Of a stretch of DNA of 64,000 bases, positions 22,739 through 30,367 are shown piece after piece (position 1 is the first letter of the stretch; the number at the start of each line of letters is the position of its first letter). The stretch is from Bryobacteraceae bacterium. GTDB lineage: Bacteria; Acidobacteriota; Terriglobia; Bryobacterales; Bryobacteraceae. The stretch is taken from assembly GCA_050010255.1 (NCBI GenBank), contig JBEKLJ010000001.1, forward strand, positions 960-64,959, read 5' to 3'. A program made the translations under genes and the position numbers. The notes under the pieces were generated by a model. It was not told where the DNA came from, did no database searches, and was given only the letters and a program-made list of their open reading frames with translations.

Positions 22739-22741
22739 GGC

Positions 22742-24070
22742 TCAGTTGCCGGTCCTCGGCTTCTCGAGTGGCGTCGCGCGGTAAGGCAGCGGCCGCACAC
22801 GGGCGCCCGGTCGCACTTTCAACTGGCCTTCGACGACGACGCGGTCGCCCGGTTGGAGGCCCTGCTCGATCACCCACAGCTCTCCGACGCGGTCGCTGGT
22901 GGTAACCGCGCGCGCCAGCACCCTGTTGTCCGGTCCAACGGTATAGACCGTTTGCATGCTCTGTAACTGCTGCACGGCCCTTTGTGGCACCACAATCGCG
23001 TTGGCCCGCTCCTCGACCTCCACGCGAACCCGGCCGAACTGGCCCGGGAGCACGCTGCGCTGCGGATTCGGGAAACGCGCCTGCAACTCCAGAGTGCCGG
23101 TCTTGGGATCCACCTGGTTCAGCGAGTTCTCGATGTGCCCTTTCCAGGGGAACTCGGAGTTGTCGGCGAGAATGAGTGTCAAGGGCAGACCGCCGCCCAG
23201 CATCTTTTGCCCCCGCCTGGTCCAGGACAGGTAGGCCGCCTCGGTGACCTTGAACCGGACCCAGATGGGGTCCAGTGGGACGATGGTGGTCAGCGGTTGG
23301 GCGGAGTTCGGGCTCACCAGGCCGCCGACGGGAACCAGCGAGTCGCCGATGCGGCCGCTGATCGGCGCCCGAATCGTTCCGTACTCCAGGTTCAGTTGGG
23401 CGGCGCGCAAGGCGGCTTCGAGCGACTCCACTTTGCCCTGCATGGCGTCGATCTGGGTGCGGGTCGAGAGACCGGTCTGGTCGACGTTCGCTTTGAGGGC
23501 GCTTACGTTCGCCTCATTAGCCGTCCGGGCGGCCACGGCGGCGTCCAGATCCTGCTGCGCGGCGGCGTCCGCCTGGACCAGCGGGCGGAGGCGGTCATAG
23601 TCCTGCTGGGCCCTCACCAGGTTGGCCTGCCCGGAGGCGAGATTGGCTTGTGCCTGCAAGAGCGAGACCTGGCGCCGGGCGAATTCCAGATCGGCCTGGC
23701 TCTGCCGGAGACTTCCCTGGGCCTGCTGGACGGCGGCTTCGTAGGGCCGCAGATCGAGAACATAGAGAACCTGCCCGGCCTGGACCTCCGAACCCGGCTC
23801 GAACAGCCAGCGTTCGATGTATCCTCCCACGCGGCTCCGGACCTCCACGGTGTTGCGCGCATAGGTCTGCGCCGCGAAGTCCGCAAAGACGGGGACGTCC
23901 CTCGGCTGCACCTCCAGCACCATCACCGAAGTCGCCGGGGGGTCCGCCGGGCCTTGCTTCTGGCCCGACGCGGCGCATCCCGCCAGCAGCAGACCGTACA
24001 GGAGGGCGGCAGAACCTGCCAGCCCCAGTGGAACCTTAGGGTGTTTCACGAGAACCTTCCCAAAATGCAC
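22742..24070 (-). CDS. RND efflux periplasmic adaptor (membrane fusion protein)
   Basis: LLAGC lipobox, coiled-coil hairpin and beta-barrel regions. Immediately upstream of the pump. Confidence 0.9.
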   Translation of the reverse strand: MHFGKVLVKHPKVPLGLAGSAALLYGLLLAGCAASGQKQGPADPPATSVMVLEVQPRDVPVFADFAAQTYARNTVEVRSRVGGYIERWLFEPGSEVQAGQVLYVLDLRPYEAAVQQAQGSLRQSQADLEFARRQVSLLQAQANLASGQANLVRAQQDYDRLRPLVQADAAAQQDLDAAVAARTANEANVSALKANVDQTGLSTRTQIDAMQGKVESLEAALRAAQLNLEYGTIRAPISGRIGDSLVPVGGLVSPNSAQPLTTIVPLDPIWVRFKVTEAAYLSWTRRGQKMLGGGLPLTLILADNSEFPWKGHIENSLNQVDPKTGTLELQARFPNPQRSVLPGQFGRVRVEVEERANAIVVPQRAVQQLQSMQTVYTVGPDNRVLARAVTTSDRVGELWVIEQGLQPGDRVVVEGQLKVRPGARVRPLPYRATPLEKPRTGN

Positions 24071-24092
24071 GAACGTTGTCCGGCCCGGATCT

Positions 24093-24704
24093 TCATCGGG
24101 TGGCCAGGCCCTTCCAGATCAACTCGAACAGGAAGTCGATATCCTGCTCGGCAGTCGCTGTCGACCATCCCAGCAGGCGCTGCATCACGAGCCCGCGGGT
24201 CATTTCGTAAACGATAACGGCTGCAGCATCCGCCCGAACGGGACGGATCTGGCCTTCGACCGCCGCTTCGCGCAGCACCGCTTCGAGCGTCTCAACCTGC
24301 CGCAGGTACAGACTCCGCAATTCCTTGTCGAGGTGGGGCGGGCCGGTGTTGCCGAACTCGGCGTGGTAGATCCGGACGAAATTCCGGTTCTCCTCGGCGT
24401 CACGGATCCGCGTGGTGATGAACGCCCGGATTTTCTCGGCGGCCGTCGCGGCCGCCTCCACGTTCCGCTCGGTTTCCTCGATCAGCCTGATGAAGCCCCG
24501 TTTGAGAGCCGCCAGGTAAACTCTGCGCTTGGAGGGGAAGTAGAGATAGAGGGTGCCCTTGGCGAGGCCGGCCGCTTCGGCGATGTCGTCCATGGTGGCG
24601 CCGCTGAACCCCTTGCGCGCGAACACCCGCCGCGCGGCCTCCAGGATCTCCCCGCAACGAAACTCGGAGACCACGGCGTGCTTGGTTTTTCCCAGCAGCG
24701 GCAT
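24093..24704 (-). CDS. TetR/AcrR family transcriptional regulator
   Basis: 203 aa from the internal ATG. ATMDDIAEAAGLAKGTLYLYFPSK helix-turn-helix. Confidence 0.9.
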   Translation of the reverse strand: MPLLGKTKHAVVSEFRCGEILEAARRVFARKGFSGATMDDIAEAAGLAKGTLYLYFPSKRRVYLAALKRGFIRLIEETERNVEAAATAAEKIRAFITTRIRDAEENRNFVRIYHAEFGNTGPPHLDKELRSLYLRQVETLEAVLREAAVEGQIRPVRADAAAVIVYEMTRGLVMQRLLGWSTATAEQDIDFLFELIWKGLATR

Positions 24705-24724
24705 GACTGACTCACCAGTCAGTC
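24705..24724. promoter_or_regulatory. candidate TetR operator GACTGAC-N6-GTCAGTC
   Basis: Perfect 7-bp inverted arms directly abutting the tetR start codon. Confidence 0.4.
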
Positions 24725-24784
24725 TACCATACGCGCGGGTATGAACGCTGCAAGCGACGATCTGCGGTCTCTGCGTCGCTGCGC

Positions 24785-26527
24785 TCAGATCGCTTCCAGC
24801 TCCTCTTCCAGCAACTGTTTCTGGTAGAGATCGGCGTAGTAGCCGCCGGCGGCGATGAGGTTCTCGTGGGAGCCCTGCTCGACAATGCGGCCGGCCTCGA
24901 TCACGATGATGCGGTCCGCCTGGCGGACCGTCGAGACGCGGTGCGAGATGAGGATCGAGGTGCGGCCGCGCATGACGCCGGACAAGCCTTGCAGGATGCG
25001 CTCTTCGGTGAGCGTGTCCACGCTCGAGAGCGCGTCGTCGAGGATAAGGATGCGGGGATCGCGCAGGATGGCCCGGGCGATGGCCGCGCGCTGCTTCTGC
25101 CCGCCGGAGAGCGTGATGCCGCGTTCGCCGACTAGCGTCTGGTAGCCCTCCGGGAAGGTCTCGATGTCCGGCCCCAGCCCGGCGATCTCGGCGGCGCGGC
25201 GGATCTCCTCTGCGGTGGCGCGCTCGACGCCGAAGGCGATGTTGTCGGCCAGGGTGGCGCTGAACAGGAAGGTCTCCTGAGGGACGAACCCGATCTGGCG
25301 GCGCAGCTCGGCCGGCGAGAGCTCGCGCAGGTCGATGCCATCCAGGAGCACGGCCCCCGAGGTCGGATCCATGAGCCGGGGAACCAGGCGCGCCAGCGTG
25401 CTCTTGCCGCTGCCGGTGTGGCCGACGACGGCCACGGTTTCGCCGGCTCGGATCGCCAGGGAAACGCCGTCCAGCGCGCGGCCGGCCGGGTACTCCACCG
25501 CCGCCTCGCGGAACTCGATCGCGCCGCGCACCGGTTGCTCGAGCCGCCGGGGAGAAGGTGGCCCGGCGATCGACGGGCGCTCGTCCAGGAGCTGGCAGAT
25601 GCGGCCCAGCGAGGCTGACCCGCGCTGCATCAGGTTCACCACCCAGCCCAGCGCGATCATCGGCCAGACCAGCACCCCCATGTAGGTGTTGAACATGACG
25701 AAGCTCCCGAACGAGATGTGGCCGCTCATCATCCGCAGTCCGCCCACCCACAGCACGATGAGGAAGCTCAGCCCGACCAGCGCCTGAAGCAGCGGCATGA
25801 ACAGGCTCGAGATGCGCGCCAGCGACAGGTTCTGCGCCAGAAACTCGCGGTTGAGCTTCTCGAACTGGCGCACCTCGGACTCCTCCTGCGCGTAGGCGCG
25901 GATCACCCGCACGCCGGAGAGGTTCTCCTGCACGCGGCTGGAGATGTCGGAGAACATGGCCTGAATGCGCTCGAAGCGGCTATGGATGATGCGGCCGACG
26001 CGGATGACCGCCAGGCTGATCAGTGGGGCCGGCAAAAGCGCGATCAGCGTGAGCGGCCAGTCAACCGAGAGCATGACGGCGACCACTATTGCGACCGTCA
26101 GCGAAGTCTCGGCCCAGTACATGACGCCGGGGCCGAGCATCATGCGCACGGCGTTCAGGTCATTGGTGGCGCGGGCCATGATGTCGCCGGTGCGCATGCG
26201 CATGTAAAAGTCCGAGGAGAGGCCCACCAGGTGATCGAACAGGTTGTTGCGGAGGTCGTATTCGATATCGCGCGAGATGCCGATGAGGGTGACGCGCATC
26301 TGGTACTGAAAGACGCCCTTGAGGGCCGACAGGCCCACTATCAGCAGGCAAAACTGGAGGACGACGACCAGGCTGAAGCCGCGCGTGAGCGCGTCGATAC
26401 CGGCGCGGATCAGCAGGGGCAGGCCGGCCGCCGCCATGTCTTTCAGCACCAGGGCGCCGAATCCGATGACCAGCCCGCGGCGGTAGCGCCGGTAATACGG
26501 CCACAGCCGGCGGAACGTCTCCCGCAT
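24785..26527 (-). CDS. ABC exporter, fused permease/ATPase (MsbA/ABCB type)
   Basis: 580 aa from ATG 26527 (MRETFRRLWPYY). GHTGSGKST Walker A, LSGGQKQR signature, ILILDD Walker B. Confidence 0.9.
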   Translation of the reverse strand: MRETFRRLWPYYRRYRRGLVIGFGALVLKDMAAAGLPLLIRAGIDALTRGFSLVVVLQFCLLIVGLSALKGVFQYQMRVTLIGISRDIEYDLRNNLFDHLVGLSSDFYMRMRTGDIMARATNDLNAVRMMLGPGVMYWAETSLTVAIVVAVMLSVDWPLTLIALLPAPLISLAVIRVGRIIHSRFERIQAMFSDISSRVQENLSGVRVIRAYAQEESEVRQFEKLNREFLAQNLSLARISSLFMPLLQALVGLSFLIVLWVGGLRMMSGHISFGSFVMFNTYMGVLVWPMIALGWVVNLMQRGSASLGRICQLLDERPSIAGPPSPRRLEQPVRGAIEFREAAVEYPAGRALDGVSLAIRAGETVAVVGHTGSGKSTLARLVPRLMDPTSGAVLLDGIDLRELSPAELRRQIGFVPQETFLFSATLADNIAFGVERATAEEIRRAAEIAGLGPDIETFPEGYQTLVGERGITLSGGQKQRAAIARAILRDPRILILDDALSSVDTLTEERILQGLSGVMRGRTSILISHRVSTVRQADRIIVIEAGRIVEQGSHENLIAAGGYYADLYQKQLLEEELEAI

Positions 26528-27129
26528 CACAGGCCGGCCCAGTCGGCGAACGTCTTTGTCCATTCGAGAAGTACCTGCTTCCGACCCTCGCGGCTGCGCC
26601 ACCAATCCTCGGGCCGGAAGACCCAATCCGGCGCCGCGACCACGCGGAACCGGCCGGCGGCAGTCAGCCCGCGGAAGACCCGGGCGGTGCGGCCGGTGTG
26701 ATAGTTGCTGGTGACGACCATGAAGCGGCCCACGCCGCGGCGCCCTAACTCGCCCAGGATCTCGCGCGCCTCGTCGCGGGTCGAGCCGCCGCGCATGGGG
26801 AACGCGATGAACCAGTCGGAGGGGTAGCCCCGCCGCACCGCGAAGGCGATGGCCAGGTCGGATTCCCTCAAGCCGTAACAGCACTCCGGCCCGCTCACGA
26901 GGATCTTCGGGGCATACCCCTGCCGGACCAGCTCGGCGGCTTTCGCGATGCGGTTGCCCTTGTCGTCGCCGGCCAGCACCACAACCATCTCGGCCCGGAA
27001 CGGCTCCTGCGCGTCGATGAGGCCCCAGCCGAGCGCCCGCAGCCACAGCGTGCGTCCGAGAATCAGGATCAGAAGGACCAGGGCGATTGGGACAGCCCAG
27101 CGCAGGACTCGGGATCGCACCAGCGGCAC
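26527..27129 (-). CDS. DUF218/YdcF(ElyC)-family protein
   Basis: 200 aa with an N-terminal TM segment. VVVLAGDD...ILVSG and TSNYHTGR motifs. 1-nt stop/start overlap with the ABC gene. Confidence 0.75.
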   Translation of the reverse strand: MPLVRSRVLRWAVPIALVLLILILGRTLWLRALGWGLIDAQEPFRAEMVVVLAGDDKGNRIAKAAELVRQGYAPKILVSGPECCYGLRESDLAIAFAVRRGYPSDWFIAFPMRGGSTRDEAREILGELGRRGVGRFMVVTSNYHTGRTARVFRGLTAAGRFRVVAAPDWVFRPEDWWRSREGRKQVLLEWTKTFADWAGL

Positions 27130-27132
27130 GAA

Positions 27133-27690
27133 CTATTCTTTGTCGCTGGAGCCGTCGGGGTCAAGGTGACGGACGGTCCTCAGGCGCTGGTAGAGGCGCT
27201 CGACCTCGGCTTCGTCCTCGGGCCGCAGCAGCCGGTAGCGCGGCGAGGCCAGCGCCCGATCCTTGGCCGGCAGCGGCTCGCCCCAGAACTGGCGGTACGG
27301 GATGCCGTCGATGAGCGCCTCCCGCGCATGGCGCCGCAGGTGCCGCAGCAGGCTGTTGGTCGAATCGACGTCGCCCGGGTAGATCAGCAGCACGCGCGAG
27401 TCGTCGTCCAGGGTCAGGCTGACGGCCAGCGGCGAGAGCCAGCCGGTGCGGTCGAGCCGGCGGATGGCCGTCCAGGCGATGTGGCGGCGCCCAATGCCCA
27501 GGCGGGTCTCGCCAACCTCGATGGCCGGCCGCGAGGCCAGGTAGAGGAGCAACGCGGCCGTGGCCAGCAACAGCCCGGCTGCCACGTAAGCCGGCGCCCA
27601 GCGCCATCCGCACCACACCGAAAAGAGGCCGCACAGCACGGCCGCCAGTCCCGCCTGCAAGTAGTGCCTGGAAGGAACGTAGCGAGTCAC
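27133..27690 (-). CDS. hypothetical membrane protein (two N-terminal TM segments)
   Basis: 185-aa ORF in an operon with the DUF218 and ABC genes. No motif recognised. Confidence 0.55.
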   Translation of the reverse strand: MTRYVPSRHYLQAGLAAVLCGLFSVWCGWRWAPAYVAAGLLLATAALLLYLASRPAIEVGETRLGIGRRHIAWTAIRRLDRTGWLSPLAVSLTLDDDSRVLLIYPGDVDSTNSLLRHLRRHAREALIDGIPYRQFWGEPLPAKDRALASPRYRLLRPEDEAEVERLYQRLRTVRHLDPDGSSDKE

Positions 27691-27780
27691 GTGCGCGGTC
27701 TCCCCTCTTTCTTAAGCCTACCCCGGGTCACCGGAGGCGTCAATCCGTCTTAAGGTCCGCGGGTCTCGGCACATCCCGGC

Positions 27781-27858
27781 TCAGACGGGGACGCGCCGGC
27801 GCAGCACTTCCACCGCCCGCCAGACGTATCCCAGACCGCTCCAGACGGTCGCTGCAGC
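27781..27858 (-). pseudogene. displaced ancestral 3' end of pgsA (AAATVWSGLGYVWRAVEVLRRRVPV*)
   Basis: Translating the minus strand gives a tail homologous to the current pgsA C-terminus (AAAATVWSGLVYVWRGISLVRRR...). It is separated from pgsA by the HEPN/MNT insert. Confidence 0.7.
27818..27852. repeat. 35-bp direct repeat, left copy (pgsA 3'-end sequence)
   Basis: CGCCAGACGTATCCCAGACCGCTCCAGACGGTCGC matches 28714-28748 with 1 mismatch. Confidence 0.9.
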
Positions 27859-27861
27859 GGA

Positions 27862-28275
27862 TCAGATCAGGGCCGCTGCCGGCAAGACCCGCCGGATGGC
27901 GCTGCGAACCTCCTGTGCAACCTCGACGGCTTCGGAAGCCTCCTCCGCCGTGATCGGCTCCCAGTCCCCGGGGTAGCGCGCTTCGACCGAGTACCGATTC
28001 AGCATCAACACACGGCCGAATTCGAGCCGGAGCGTCGCGGGTTCGGAAAGGGCTTGGAAAAGCACTCGCAAATCGTGCGTCCTGGGGCAGTCCACGCCGA
28101 TCCATGCCAGGAGGCCTTTCAGGTATTTCTCCGCACACTGCTGCGCGTGGAAGCACACGGTGTCATAGGGACAATCCTCCGCCAGGGTCAGGGTGTGCTG
28201 TGCGTTGCGAAGATCGTTCTCAGCCTTGCGGACCCACTGCCGAACGAGCTCGACATCACCGGGCGCTGCGCTCAT
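27862..28275 (-). CDS. HEPN domain protein (toxin of a HEPN/MNT module)
   Basis: 137 aa. AENDLRNA...CFHAQQCAEKYLKGLL...RTHDL...ARYPGD HEPN pattern. 20-nt overlap with the upstream MNT gene. Confidence 0.85.
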   Translation of the reverse strand: MSAAPGDVELVRQWVRKAENDLRNAQHTLTLAEDCPYDTVCFHAQQCAEKYLKGLLAWIGVDCPRTHDLRVLFQALSEPATLRLEFGRVLMLNRYSVEARYPGDWEPITAEEASEAVEVAQEVRSAIRRVLPAAALI

Positions 28276-28603
28276 AGAGTACTTCGCCCTCTTTGGCCGC
28301 CGGCTCGATCAGTGTGCCTCTCCGGGTGCGGTTTCTCTCGAACTCCTCCGGGGTGACGACGATGACGTCGGCCGGCAGGTCCACTCCGATCAGCACGGCA
28401 TCTATGGCCGTGGCCTGTTTCCGCCGCGACCCTTCGACGCGCATCACCACCAGCAGGTCGGCGTCGCTATCTTCCGTGGCTGTGCCCCGCGCGTGGGAAC
28501 CGAAGAGAATGATCTTCTCGGGATGGAAGCGGTCGGCGATCCGCCGCGCCATCTCCTGGATTCGCCCGCGTGCGGGATTTGGGTTGCGATGGGCGGTACT
28601 CAT
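28256..28603 (-). CDS. minimal nucleotidyltransferase (MNT antitoxin)
   Basis: 115 aa. LFGSHARGTATEDSDADLLVV (GSxxRG...DxD) motif. Confidence 0.85.
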   Translation of the reverse strand: MSTAHRNPNPARGRIQEMARRIADRFHPEKIILFGSHARGTATEDSDADLLVVMRVEGSRRKQATAIDAVLIGVDLPADVIVVTPEEFERNRTRRGTLIEPAAKEGEVLYERSAR

Positions 28604-28640
28604 CCTTCAACGCCCTTTCAACACCATATTAGCAGCCGCA

Positions 28641-29228
28641 TTAGCCGCCGTTCTGAAGGCCCTTATCGCTTCCCATCTGCGCCGCCGCCCGCCTACGCAC
28701 CAGGCTGATGCCGCGCCAGACGTATACCAGACCGCTCCAGACGGTCGCGGCGGCGGCCGCCCAGAGCGGCCACTGAACGGGGACCTTCCAGTGAGGGAAG
28801 GCGCCGGCCGTCAGCACCGTGATCGCGGCCACAATCTGGAACAGGGTGCTGATCTTGCCCCAGACGCTGGGAGGGAAACTGCGGTGGGAGGTGAACAGCA
28901 GAGCCGCGGCGGCCAGGGCCAGAATCAGCACGTCGCGCCCGAAGACGACCAGGACCACCCAGAGCGGCACGGCGCCGGCGGCGCCCAGCGCGAGATAGGT
29001 GGCGCTGAGCAAAACCTTGTCCGCCACGGGGTCGAGATACGCGCCCAGGCGCGTGACGGAGTGCAGCCACCGGGCCAGCAGGCCGTCCAGAACATCGGTG
29101 GCGCCAGCCACGGCCACGATCGCCAGGGCGCGGCCGAACCGCCCCTGGAGAATCGCCCAGACCGCCAGCGGCGTGAGCGCCAGCCGCGTGAGCGTTACCA
29201 GGTTCGGAAGGTCGAGCATCCGCCGCAT
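28641..29228 (-). CDS. pgsA: CDP-diacylglycerol--glycerol-3-phosphate 3-phosphatidyltransferase
   Basis: 195 aa. DVLDGLLAR...GAYLDPVADK CDP-alcohol phosphatidyltransferase motif. The last ~24 codons are supplied by the inserted DNA. Confidence 0.85.
   Translation of the reverse strand: MRRMLDLPNLVTLTRLALTPLAVWAILQGRFGRALAIVAVAGATDVLDGLLARWLHSVTRLGAYLDPVADKVLLSATYLALGAAGAVPLWVVLVVFGRDVLILALAAAALLFTSHRSFPPSVWGKISTLFQIVAAITVLTAGAFPHWKVPVQWPLWAAAAATVWSGLVYVWRGISLVRRRAAAQMGSDKGLQNGG
28714..28748. repeat. 35-bp direct repeat, right copy (inside the current pgsA)
   Basis: Matches 27818-27852 with 1 mismatch. Confidence 0.9.
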
Positions 29229-29300
29229 CGTAGTGGCGTGCCGCGCCGGCGCTCAGGCCGGCGCTGGGTGCTTCGTGGCGCAGCCGCGCCCGCAACGTGT

Positions 29301-30191
29301 TCAGGATACCAAGGCGTCCGCCAAGCGCGAGGCCGCTCCCTCGAACGTGGTGATCTCGTACAGCGAGCTGTCGCTCATGATGCGGTTGACCAGCGCGGTG
29401 TGCATGGCGTGGCCGGCGCGCTCGGCGATGACGTGGCCCAGCAGCGGCCGGCCGATCAGCGCCAGGTCGCCGATCAGGTCGAGCGCCTTGTGGCGGCAGC
29501 ACTCGTCGGCGAAGCGCAGCCCGCCGGGGTTCATCACGCCGCGCCCGTTGATGCACACCGCGTTATCCAGAGACGCGCCGCGGATCAGGCCCATGTCCCG
29601 CAACTGGTCCAGCTCGTCGGCGAAGCCGAAGGTGCGCGCCGGCGCGATCTCGGCCGCGTAACTCTCGGGTGTCACCTCCAGCTCGAGCCTCTGCGCGCCC
29701 ACGGCCGGCTGCGGGAAGTTGATCTCGCAAGTCAGGCGGAAGCTGTCGGCGGGCAAAATCGAGATGCGCCGGTTGCGGTCCTCGACCGTCAAGGGGCGGC
29801 GGATGCGCAGATACCTCCTCAGCCGCCGGTAACTCCTCACGCCCGCCTGCTCAATCAGCTTCACGAACGGCAGCCCGCTGCCATCCAGGATCGGCACTTC
29901 CAGGTTGTCAATCTCGACGTAGGCGTTGTCGATGCCCATGCTGTAGAACACGCTCAGCAGGTGCTCGGTGGTCGAGATCAGCACGCCTTGGCGCATCAGG
30001 CTGGTGGCATAACTGACGCGGGCGACGTGACGCCAACTGGCGGAGACCGGGAAGCGGTCCAGGTCAGTGCGGAGGAAGACGATGCCGGTTGACGGTGGCG
30101 CCGGAAGGACGCGAATGCCGACGGGGACTCCGCTGTGCAGCCCAACCCCGCGGGCCTGAGCCGGCCGCTGGATAGTAGTCTCGAATCGCAA
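29301..30191 (-). CDS. lpxC: UDP-3-O-acyl-N-acetylglucosamine deacetylase
   Basis: 296 aa. GVGLHSG, TTEHLLS, EVPILDGS and HKALDLIGDL motifs. Confidence 0.95.
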   Translation of the reverse strand: MRFETTIQRPAQARGVGLHSGVPVGIRVLPAPPSTGIVFLRTDLDRFPVSASWRHVARVSYATSLMRQGVLISTTEHLLSVFYSMGIDNAYVEIDNLEVPILDGSGLPFVKLIEQAGVRSYRRLRRYLRIRRPLTVEDRNRRISILPADSFRLTCEINFPQPAVGAQRLELEVTPESYAAEIAPARTFGFADELDQLRDMGLIRGASLDNAVCINGRGVMNPGGLRFADECCRHKALDLIGDLALIGRPLLGHVIAERAGHAMHTALVNRIMSDSSLYEITTFEGAASRLADALVS

Positions 30192-30367
30192 AGAGCCACT
30201 CCCTCAACGCCAGCACAACGGCGTCGGGTCTAGCGGTGCAATCCATCACCCATATGTAAGTTATTAATTATAAATGTAATCTCTTCAGCTTGTGTGGCAG
30301 GAAAGCCACAGTTCTGTGGCTGCGGCTCAGCGCCCCTTGAGGTCAGGGGCTACAATGAAAGGGTCCC

